Shown here: positions 53,181 to 64,000 of the stretch, piece by piece | How the letters are laid out: each line of letters begins with the position of its first letter | Position numbering within the stretch: the stretch's first letter is position 1 | NCBI GenBank assembly: GCA_964304625.1 | Contig: OZ199840.1 | Location: forward strand, 2,344,787 to 2,408,786 | Length of the DNA stretch: 64,000 nt | Reading direction: 5' to 3' | DNA from: Kudoa neothunni | Lineage: Eukaryota; Animalia; Cnidaria | Notes under the pieces: model-generated | Databases searched by the model: none | The model's input: only the letters and a program-made list of their open reading frames with translations | What the model was told of the DNA's origin: nothing | Made by a program: the position numbers and the translations under genes

Positions 53181-54999
53181 CCTTCCGAGCGATATGGGGT
53201 CACATAATCATAAGACCCCCAGAGCATATTGTAATATATTTTTAAATTATTATTTATATTCGACAATGTCTGATATTACGTCTATTCTCCTAAAAACAAA
53301 TTCCTAATATAATGTGAGAAAGTTTTTAATTATCTAAATTAATAAAAAGATATGCGTACTTATTACACGTATTGCTTTTAGGGTAATATATGACCACAGT
53401 TTTTTTCCATTAAATAATGATGAAAAATTGTATCATAATCCAGAGTTATATAGAATTCTATCGATAAAATAAACAAGAAATAAGGAATAACCTTTCCCGG
53501 ATTCACTTGAGTCACAACGAAGCGGACTAGTTCGATTTACGGAAAGTTTGGACGAAGAATATTACACAGATTTTACGAGCGATTGTTGTAGAATTTTCAA
53601 TTCTACTCAATCTAGTGATCTTGGGGCAGATTCTAATTTCGATACATTGTCGTTAATTGAACTTCGCATGACGACAAATATAATGCGGTATGGACTGCAG
53701 AGAAATCCAAATCGTATAGGACAATGTTTCCTAACATAATAACTACGACCCACCGGCGAGATGTGGAAAGATTTTTGTGGGAGTGGAAATGTATGAAAAC
53801 TTAATGAACAGCTCTAACGGGACGTCGATAATCCTGGGCATTAATGTGACATGGATAATGGTGAAATAATTGCACAGTGTGACACGAATTGAAATCAATA
53901 CCTCGATTTTTGATATAGATTATTTTTAAATGACTATGCATATTATAAAATAATACCAAACGCTACGAATAATTACATAAATATAAGTACGAACATTTAA
54001 TGTGGTCTCTACCCCAAAAGAATCGAAATGGTTTTAATCTCAATCATTTCCCATTTTTAATCTCGATCTCTCCTGTTTTTGATTAAACCTAATATAGTAT
54101 TGATCATTTTCTATCTAGATTATTTATTTTCGATTTATAAGCGCCATATACATCAATGTTTTGCTTTATGTGGGTTGGATTATCAATAGTTTCATTTCGC
54201 GCTGTTATTGACGAAGTGAAGAACTAAAAAGTTAATTTTTAAGGTAAATCGATAAATTAAGTTAGATTTGATCGAATAAATTATGTTTAATGCGAACAGA
54301 ATTGTATATTAATTGATTTCATATTTTAATGTTACAGGAAGTTTGATAGAAAGTTATAAATGGTTTAAGTTCAGAAACTAATATTTTTGAAAAGGGCAGG
54401 GAACAGAAATTTTTTCAAGTAAAATTAGGGCAGAGTGGAAAAAAGGGTTGGGAAACGCTGAAATACACTTTCTTGGTTATTAATCTAATTTTTCTGTTTG
54501 ATATACGTATGTTTTTGTCATTTGTTATTTTTTAATTTGTTCACACGTTGTGAGTCATAATATTTAAATGCTGTCTTTTTTGAATAATTTATTCTAACAC
54601 TGGTGGTTTTACAATCATTTTATCCAAACAATAAACGCATTATTTACTACATTCGTAAAGACATAATTTTACTAAAATGAGATTATTTTCACCCATATAA
54701 AGTATTGGTTAATTTAAATATTTATCTAATGTGAGTTACAAAATAAATAAATAAACTATAAATAAAGGAATATTTTAATAATTACAGACAAATCGATCTT
54801 CTACTGAGATTGACTCTAATCACATCTTCTGGGGTTATATGTTTTTCGAAATTTGGTATGAATTCGTCGATAGATTTCTTTTCAATTTTACCAAAATGTA
54901 TTTCAATAGATTTGAATTAAAATAATATAAGATAATTGTGGGGTCATAAATGACCTCAAAAGCACCAAATGTATAGTAATTTTCGATGCACTCGGAAAG
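53181..54999 (+). mobile_element. Internally deleted pB1-family piggyBac
   Basis: TCAA and TTAA flanks; TIR C(C/T)TTCCGAG; ORF 53548 (DEEYYTDFTSDC) is homologous to the pB1 N-terminus; 54461-54999 is homologous to 168-705. Confidence 0.88.
53745..54460. mobile_element. hAT-like terminal fragment replacing the piggyBac core
   Basis: Ends GGTTGGGAAACGCTG (CAGCGTTTCCCAACC on the other strand), a typical hAT TIR, where piggyBac homology resumes; the other end was not found. Confidence 0.5.
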
Positions 55000-55014
55000 T
55001 TAAACAACATAATA

Positions 55015-55380
55015 CAGTGGGTGACCGTTAGTACGCATTACATCTAATACGTACGTTTGCTTTTTCATATAGAATAAACTACTTGTTGAACACATTACTT
55101 AAGTTGACATTTATAAACTTAATTTAGTTGCGTTTAATACTGAAAAATATTTTTCAGACAAAACATCGAAAAAATAATGTAATTTAAACGCATTGTTGAG
55201 TAATACACATTTTCCCCCTGAAATGACTTTAAAATCGTGCGCGCGCACTCTTTGATTTGTACGTATGGTTGATATAAATCTTCATAATATGCTTATAATA
55301 AAAAAATACAAAGCAATAAAATATTTGACGTTTATATAAAAAACTTAAAGCCACACCATTAAAAATTGTTGTTATATTCA
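55015..55380 (+). mobile_element. 5' fragment of a TigC-related Tigger
   Basis: TA|CAGTGGGTGACCGTTAGTACG resembles the TigC TIR; truncated at the (TA)n tract. Confidence 0.55.
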
Positions 55381-55386
55381 TATTAA

Positions 55387-55389
<3 letters not shown>

Positions 55390-55422
<33 letters not shown>
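55390..55422. repeat. (TA)n microsatellite (possibly a Helitron 5' end)
   Basis: Direct reading; preceded by A|TCTG, as at other Helitron starts. Confidence 0.8.
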
Positions 55423-55425
<3 letters not shown>

Positions 55426-55426
55426 A

Positions 55427-57436
55427 CCGTAGGAAGCCGGTTTCACGCACGTCTTCAGAGACCAGGGAAAAAGTGCGTGAAATTGGTCACGTCCGGTTCT
55501 ACATATCATTAATACGCGCAAGCGCATTATGGGGAATTTGTTTTTTATTGCTACGTATTCATTCAAAAATGTTTATATTATTCGATAATGGAAGATGAAT
55601 ATAATATACTTAAATAAAAAATCAAATAAATTATGTTCGAGAAAAATATTTTGTAATTTTAGTTTGTTTCATATTGTTTGAGAGAATCTTAAAGATCGAC
55701 TCTTCTGCTGCATTCAAAATAGTATTTTGATTATTATCATGCGCCTAAAAAATGATTTTAATTCCTTCAAATATTCCAAAGCCTTTTTTCAGGTAATAAT
55801 TTTGTTGCTGGTGAGTTCTTCCACATCGTGTGCCCCATCCGTGTCAAATTGTTCTGCATCACCAGCGTTACAATCTTAAAAAATATAATTAAAACCAAAC
55901 TATCAAATATCTCACTCGTGTTTAGTATTTGATCATTATTTGTCGGAAAAGTCAAAATCATTATATTTAAGAGCTACGTATGATTCCTCTTCTTTTATCA
56001 TTTCAGTTATTTCATTCGCGATCAAATCATCAGAAACTTTTTCACCCTTTTCGACTAATAAATTATCCTGAGTTGAGCCAGATCTTAATGAGGAAAATCC
56101 TGCTTTTATGAAACAATTTGTGATTGTATTTTTAGAAACATTCTCCCAGGCAGTTTTAATTAAGCCCATTGATTTTAAAACGTTCGGAGGAGTTAGCTCT
56201 ATTCCCATTTCAGCACAATAAATGAATCGTTCTATCATCGACTTATTGTAACATGATTTAAAGGAATGGATGGAGTCTTGATCTAGCGACTGCAAAACGC
56301 TAGTGGTGTTTTGGGGGAAAAATATTAATTTTACGTTAGAAAAATCTTTGTGAAAATGGGAGGTCGCATTGTCTAAAAATAGTACAACCTTTTTGTCTTG
56401 ATTAATAAGGTCATCATTAATTTTGGGAATGTATCTCGAGAAAATATCCCGAGTCATCCAAGCCTTTTTGTTTGACTCGAATAAAGGCGGTAACTTCTTA
56501 ATATTCTTGAAACAACGTGATTTTTTATTCGGTCCGATTAACAAGGGATCTAGCTTTTTTCCATTTAACGAAGCTCCCAATAAAACAGTCAAACGCTTTT
56601 TTTGATTTTGTAGCCCCTCTCATGTTGTTCACGGATAAATGAACACAACTGTTACCTTAAAAGCCCATAAAAAATAGAGAAGTATTTACCACGCTGTTGT
56701 TGATATAGCAAACCCGTCTCATCATTGTTGTAAATGCAATCCACTGAATATCCATCATAAAGTGCTCCAATTTTACACATTCATTCTGCTGTAGTTTTGG
56801 GACCAACGTCGCCAGATTCGCCGTGGTAATTAATTTTATTAATGTTATATCTTTTTTTAAAGCAACAAAACCATACATGCATTTCAGTTGATAGCAAATT
56901 TTTACGATTAGCAAAATCATTTCTTTTATCTATGATATTGGCGGCACTTAATTCGATCTTTTTGCTTCTTGCGTGACAGATCCAGTCGTACACCTCTTGA
57001 TCGATATCATTATTTGACCCATTATTCAAATCTTTTTTATTTTTAGAAAGTAGAACTCCATAAATTTTCACAATGTTTTCTCTCATTTTTAAAATTCCTT
57101 TGAGAGTTGTAATTGAGGATAATTTAAAATGTTTGGTGGTAGCGGCTTTCGCACCTTTGGGCAGTCAATTATCATAATATTTAATTATATTATATGTTTC
57201 TATTAAAGTTCGAATTAGCAATGCTTTTCTGGTCATTAAAATAAAAAACAACAAATTCAAGTCAAAAAAGTGCGTGAACCGACCAATCACGTGACACGTG
57301 TGTACGTTATTGTACAACTTTATTTTTCAAAAAAAACTGATACAATTGCGTATAAAAATTATTATTGAATCAATATTTCATCTCTTAGTCAAAATAAGTA
57401 GCTTTTTAAAAAGTGCGTGAAACCGGTTACCTACCG
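55427..57436 (-). mobile_element. Tigger/pogo TigB2 (TigB family), full-length, decayed
   Basis: TIRs C(C/G)GTAGG.A.CCGGTTTCACGCAC; ORF 55936-56592 (FLDNATSH, LQSLDQ); intron at 56656-56689. Confidence 0.93.
56656..56689 (-). other. 34-nt GT-AG intron in TigB2 transposase
   Basis: GTAAAT...TTTTAAG, phase 1; splicing gives DETGLLYQQQRGNSCVHLSVNNMRGATKSKK. Confidence 0.8.
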
Positions 57437-57948
57437 TTTATGTATAATCTTTTGTCCGTCAAGATGTCTGTCTGCCGGTCTGTATGTGTCCACAGGTGCG
57501 CATGTGCCATGGAGAAACTTCTTTTAAACACAGCTTTTAGTTCGCATTTGAATAGATGATACCTTTGACAAAAATCGTTCATTTATTTAGAAGTTCAAAT
57601 ATAATGAATATCGCAGTCAGAAGTAAGGAATTTTCTGATTGTCTACCCAAATAGTAGATTAAAAAGTACCAGAATAGTATTTAAAGTTTGTTTATTCCAG
57701 GGTAATAGTCAAATATAATGAACTTTTACTCATTATATACAAAAAGAATCTTTTGATTTTAATACAAAATGTTCTAAGAAAGTTATATATGCCGGTTGGA
57801 GTAATTTAAGGGCAAATAAAACTATTAACGTTACATTTACAAGAGATGTTGCACTTCCCTTAAAATTTGAAGCACAATCAAACTATTTAGAATATATCTT
57901 AACTTTTCTAGTGAAATGGATATAGTTCAGCTAGTTAGATTATGATCA

Positions 57949-58736
57949 TCTATCTTCTATATATATAAAGTAGTAATGTCTGTGTGTGTTTACGCACAAA
58001 TCTTATCCTTATGCAAAGACTTGTTCCACTTAACGAGTCTTTTAATATATTTTAAAAGATACAAGGGGGTTGTCTAATGGCCTATAAAGTTGTGAATTGA
58101 GTGTGTCAACTTATTGTAAACGGATTAGCGCTAGTGATAATGAGATAACCACTGCACGTGATTTGCTAATGGGTTAAGTGATATACGTAGCTAACTCTAA
58201 TTTTCTGTATATGTCAACACAGTTGAAACTTTGAAAGTTTACTCTTTTCTACTTTTGAACGTACTTAAGACGATCTACAACATTCGTTCGTGCGTAGGCG
58301 GGGACTCGGTGTAAACGAACATTTGTTGTTTAAACGAGAGATTAATACACGTGAATAAATTATTTACATTACACGTTTAATTAAAGATTAAAAGTTTTAA
58401 ATATTTTAAAATGAACATAAAACGATATTCGCTCGTTATAATTAAACTCAACATTGTTAACAAACTTTTATATCAGTTAGTTCATCGACGGGTTAGTTAA
58501 AGTGATTAATACGCCACATGAGTTGTTAAAACGTATGATTCCTAAATGAAGGTAAAGTCCAACAAAGAAAATGAAGATAGTCGGGTTATTGCTGTTTATT
58601 TCGATCAATACTGTTATAGAAAGGACGATAAAATAATTATAATTGACTTTTAACTTAAAATGACCTTGGCCTATTCAAGGCTTTAGTCAGCGTGACCGGG
58701 CGAGTAAACCCACGCAAAGCAGGGCTTTTGCGCTAG
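57949..58736 (+). mobile_element. Non-autonomous Helitron H1 (788 bp)
   Basis: A|TC ... hairpin CCCACGCAAAGCAGGG ... CTAG|T; second copy of 37769-38565. Confidence 0.88.
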
Positions 58737-59292
58737 TTTTAAATAATGACTTATCCACTAAATTGCAAATTATGGAATTACATGAAAACGTGACTGTAAA
58801 TATTCAACAACTGAACAAACGATGAATTCGCCGAAAAACCTACGAACGGATTACTTGAATAAGGTCAAATATTTCGGAGTTATTACTCATAGGAAATTAT
58901 TTTTAAACGTAATAAAATTGTGAAGAAAATTATGTAAAATGCCCATTTTGTAAGCTATGGTTGGTCTTAAGGTTTTAAAGAACAGTTTAATCTGCGTAGG
59001 TTAAACTTTAATAGAGCCCGAAAATCGTTGGTAAACGTTCGCCTAAATATAACTCTGAAAATTTATAAACTTTAAGATGAGGTTGAAATTTAACTAAGAC
59101 AAATGATGGTTCAATTTTGTTGCAATTTTCTATACAGGAAATATTAAAAGTAGAGAAATAAATCTTTTAAGTTGAACATGACGAGTTTCAATCATTTAAA
59201 ACATTAGTGAAGTATCAATTTAATAACATTACATAAGGAAACATTGTCGCTAAAAAGAATAACTATATTTTCCTGTTATCCTAGAGACATTA

Positions 59293-60432
59293 CCGGGTTT
59301 TACATCCAAATCCGGCCTCTTCCTATTAATTTTACTATATTGCGCTAAAAAACATCGATGAATAAAGTAATAATGATAACATTGATCTAATTTCGTTCCA
59401 TATCACTTAAGGTGCGACATCTGCCCATAAAGGATTCAGAATGTTGAAAAAAAGCCTTGAGGTCAGCTTCAGTTACGTTTTCAATGGATGTTTTCATTCG
59501 GTTGACTAAGTTGTTTGCTCCTCTGATAGGTCCACGTTTTCGAACACCATTTTTGATTTTGGAAAACAACTTCGCACAGATTCAGAAAAGGTGAATACCG
59601 GGGTAGATAACGAACTTCATATGGATATTCATCATAGAAGTCTCTGTTCGAATGGTGGACTCTTATGTTATCCATTACGATAACATAACTTCCATCACCC
59701 AGTACTCGTTGTACTTTTCGAGGGAACTCAGTAAATATATCACTGTTCACATTTCCTTGTACTGCCTCACAATGCACTACTGATGGCACTAACAGCGAGT
59801 ATCATTGACACATTTTTACCTCTACTATTCTCAACTATGGGGTTGGGGGTTGTTCCTATAAGGAAGCGGCTATATGAGCGTAGCAGATGCAATCAAAAGG
59901 GGCTTTCGTCTATAAATATCATTTTTGTATACCTCCTGTCTATTGAGACGCTTGAATACCAGTCAGCATACAGTTTCCTTTTTTGTTTGACTTCGAGAGA
60001 GTTTCTACTCTTAGGTATAGCTCTCGCCATTTTAAATGATATCTTCATCGCTTTGAACCATCTCCATACAGTTGTTACACTTACCTGCACGCCAATTCTG
60101 TCAACAATTGATTGGAGAGTTACCGTTCAATCATCCTCTATTAATTTCAAAATTTAGATTTTTGTTTCATCAGTAATTTTGACATGTCTTGCTCCACCCT
60201 TTGAATCCTTGCATGAGACCTCTTTGTCATAATATTAGTTTATTATATCAGAAAGAGAACTCTTATGTATTCCAAGACTTCTTGACACTTCAGATTGAGG
60301 ATAACCTTCAAAAACTACCATGTGTACAGCAGCTTCTCTCATTTCATCTGTATGCTCCTACGACCCACCATTTTTTAAGCGTTAGGTCTGTATTTGATTG
60401 TCCCAGTGTCCGGAATTGGATGTGAAACCCGG
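59293..60432 (-). mobile_element. Compact IS630/Tc1-like transposon (DD32E as read)
   Basis: TA on both flanks; 23-bp TIR CCGGGTTT(T/C)ACATCCAA(A/T)TCCGG; IFIDESPF, IVMDNIRVH and LPRYSPFLNLCE motifs. Confidence 0.92.
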
Positions 60433-60914
60433 TAGTATATCCCATTTAGAAACAGTTGATGAGGAAATATCTATATCACAAAAACCATTTAAACGTCTCA
60501 GATGAATAAAGGGATTTAAAACAAAAAACGAGTCTATTTATTTCCAAAAATACGCTTAAAACTAAGAAGATTTGTATAACGTATACCTGGAGTGAAAAAA
60601 ACGAGTAAAATTAATAGATGTTCTCTATAATAAATTATTACAATAACAATCGTATTTTGAATATACGCAGGCGCTTCCAAAAATGCATATTAGTCATCAT
60701 TGCTGGCTGGTTTGCACTTTTTCTTCGGATCCGATGGGGTTCCGTATTAACCGTCAACCATTGTATTAAAAAAGAACAGTATTCTATAAGATTATTGTTA
60801 TATAACTAAATCATAACTCATATTGAACATAAACACACTAATGACACCCATGTCTTTGATTGATCGTTATCTGTTGTTCGATATAGTTTTGACGTGAAGT
60901 GGTTCTTTTAGTAA

Positions 60915-61160
60915 ATGGCGCGAACTAAAAAAATCCAATTGGCGATTCTGGAAAGAAGAATCAAAACATTTTATGTATCTGATGATATAAGCTGCTGGTT
61001 GGAGAAATTAAACTATACTTTTTGAGCGCAAAAGATTTAAGAAGAGGAGTAACAGAAGTCGATCATCCTCAATAATCTTCCGAAGAACTTGAAATGGGTA
61101 TTAACATTAAATGGAGAGAAATGGATAATTTTCTTGGTGAATAAAACTATATAATGAACG
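60915..61160 (+). pseudogene. Possible retrotransposon gag N-terminal remnant
   Basis: By-eye frame F..SDDISCWLEKLNYTF*AQKI*EEE*QKSIILNNL resembles Gypsy gag starts; no pol follows. Confidence 0.3.
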
Positions 61161-64000
61161 TTGAAGATAAATAATTACCTAGAATCATTGCAAAGTGAAA
61201 TTATCCCTACAATAAAATAGAATTTAAAAAGAAATAAAGCCAAAATATATATTTCGTTAAAAAGGCGTCCTAGACACTTCTTTTCCATTTATTTTTTTGA
61301 AAGGTGGAAAATGGCAAAATTAAGATAATTATAGTTTTCTTTTATCGTCCTCGACGTTCTATCGTTATCGCTATTTGATAATAAAATTTTTTAACGGGGA
61401 CCTGGTTCCAAATTATTTGTTAATTTACGGTGATCAAACATGTGTACATGCACACTACAGAATCAACCAAAATAAACGTCGAAAACTACGATCCCTAGGT
61501 ATAATGAAAAAATCTGAAAATTCGACTATTAAAAAGACGAAAATAGATTTTAATCGAAAATTAAAAGGCCTAGTTATAAGTAACAGTTTAATCTGAGTAG
61601 ATTTTGCATTTAATGTTATCTGAAAATCATTTACGTCGATATCACTGGCACATATAAATATAAAAATTATTCCGTAAAAATATTAACTCCAGATGGGCTT
61701 AAATATTAACGAAACAGTTTGATTCTATCAGCTACGTTCAAGCTTTATTGATGAAATAAATTTTATATAATAAATTTTAGTTTATTGTATATCATCTAAA
61801 AATTAGTCACACTAACAATTTTTGTATTACAACATATAGTCACGCAAAAAATTAATTAATATCAACTATTACTTATTGCAAAAAATAATAATTTATAAAT
61901 AATAATTGAAATTATATTATTATATCATATTTGAGGAGGATTTGCGTTTTCTCTGTCGATTCCACAACTGTGTTGTAAATGTCTACAAAACAGAATTTAG
62001 TTTTTATTAAGAGCACCAGAGGCGGATTAAAAATTCTATTTCTTAGTTATTTGTCACTATGAACATCCGTTTTTGATAAAATGGGAGATAATGGATGTCC
62101 CTGAGATATTTACGCAGTATATAAAACAGTTAAACATAATACAAAATAACAATAACATATTTATGTTTTTTGAGATTATCCTAGTTGTCATCCCATCCGT
62201 CTTTAGAACTGTTTAACATTGAATTGACGTTATCTTCCAAAAATATAGTTATGTTACTTCCTAACCTACACACTAAAAGTTATTCGTTCTTTAATTAAAC
62301 GTATAAAAACATTTAATTAAGTGATCGACACTGTAAATTTAAGATTCTATTGTGGTCAACCGAGAGGATCCATAATATTGTACACTTATTATAACAAAAT
62401 TTTTAGAAGTCGTTAAAACACAATATCAAATTTTTTAAAAAGCTGGATTTTGTCTCGATAATTCTGCCGTCTCGAATTTAAATAAAGACAAAATTAGGTG
62501 ATTCAATTTTTGTATAATTTTCTGTACAGCAAATGTTAAAAGTAATTAAAAGGGATGTTTCAATTAAAAAATAATGAGTTTCAACTAATTAAAACCTTAA
62601 GGGAGTGCTACTTTCAGAATTTGTAAATATGGAAGCATTAACTATAAATAATAACAAAAATACATCCAGTTATTCCTGGGACGCTAGTTGGTCATATTCA
62701 GAATTATTTGATGTTGATAAATTTAATTCAATAAACAGTTTAAATGTTTCAAATAAATATCTGATTTATTACCCAAAAATGGCCATTTAGTCCAGGAATT
62801 CACGCACACGTTGGAACAATAAATATGTAAAATATCAATAAAGTCTAAAAACTAATTCAAAATCACTTTTTTAGATAAAATATCATAATAATCGAAAATG
62901 ATTAGAAATTTGAATATTCACATGCATCCAAGATGTTCTTATCGAGCTGTCGTTATTGGCCTATTCGAAACTTCCCCAAATCCCTAAGGGATTACAAATA
63001 ACCTACCACAAATTTCAGTCAGTTGAAGTTTATATTTACACATTTATCATCTAAAAAACCATTAAATTAAGAATATCATGTCTCTGTATATATATAAATT
63101 AGATGTATGTGCAAAATCATTCCTTATAGAAGGACTGTTACGATGTTGGACATGGTGAGTAAAATTTGAAAATTCAATTTTTTTGTCAAAAATACAACGA
63201 AGAGGAATTCATTTTCTAAATCTATTTGGAGGGCTCAATTGAATTTTTAGTAATAAAATTTAGTTTAGATGTATTCTCAATTAATATAATTTAAATTAGT
63301 GGGGTTGATATACAAGAGGCTACGCAGTCGTTTGTTAGAAAGTGTGTGTTAAAGTTTGCGCATATTAGCGGTATGTAAATTTGAGAATTAAAATTTCTCA
63401 AATGTTTTAAGTTATCAATGATCTATATAGTTTTTATTATATTTATGATCGCCATAAAACAATGATGTGAAAACTTAAGGGGTTGTGGTGAAAATTAGAT
63501 TTAGAAAATCCTCAAAGGTTTAATAAACGTTATAATTAACACGATTGTGGTACAAAAAACGGGACTTCAAAAAATATGACCTTAACATTTAGTAATTTAA
63601 TGTTTATTAGAGACAGCAATGTGGCTAATTGACAGCTGGCGTTAGTACATCACTCTCCTAGAATTATCACGACTTTAATTTCGCTAATCACAATCGTTAA
63701 AAATATGATGGAAATAATAAAATTTTAACTGATACCTTGTATAGGCTAATGTAAGGATAATTATGTGTTTTACAATTTTTTAGAAATATTTTAAAACAAA
63801 ATTATTCAAAACCACGACAAAAATAGTTTGTTCCAAGTAGTTTATAATGTTAAAGTTCAAAAGATATATAAATAAGTTTTATTTAACATAAATTTTTCCC
63901 ACTGTAAATAATGAATTAAATTTAAATATTGGGTACACCTGATAAACTTAAACGATTCTAAAACGCTCTAGGGTCAGTATTTTGAACATTTGCTAACGTT

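Noticed and set aside
21-58736. Recurrent ~90-nt structured repeat as a tRNA, SINE, CRISPR repeat or ncRNA
   Set aside because: It is dispersed, with no spacers, cloverleaf, A/B boxes or TSD. A hairpin plus CTAG|T with an A|TC start fits Helitron termini.
1-64000. Uni-strand (flamenco-like) piRNA cluster
   Set aside because: Coding elements lie on both strands (roughly 16 minus and 10-12 plus), so there is no strong bias.

Overview
Very AT-rich eukaryotic (probably metazoan) DNA made almost entirely of decayed, deeply nested transposons. I can support about 30 elements or fragments: piggyBac (7 near-complete copies plus fragments), Tigger/pogo (5 plus one fragment), Merlin/ISXO2 (3), Mutator/MULE (2 SWIM-type, 1 other), hAT-Buster, IS630/Tc1-like (2), Ty3/Gypsy remnants (2-3) and non-autonomous Helitrons. 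Many boundaries resolve to the base from terminal inverted repeats (TIRs) and target-site duplications (TSDs: TTAA, TA, 8 bp, 9 bp). In four cases the host transposase frame rejoins once the insert is removed. No intact host gene, RNA gene or CRISPR array is evident, and all transposases carry stops or frameshifts. The most unusual signal is that the transposase genes carry 34-50 nt GT-AG micro-introns. All five Tigger copies share one intron at the same codon and phase. A MULE transposase has four micro-introns; removing its three C-terminal ones restores a continuous frame. A second theme is like-into-like nesting, including a triple piggyBac nest confirmed by an empty site elsewhere in the window. 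All alignments were done by eye; no database search was possible.
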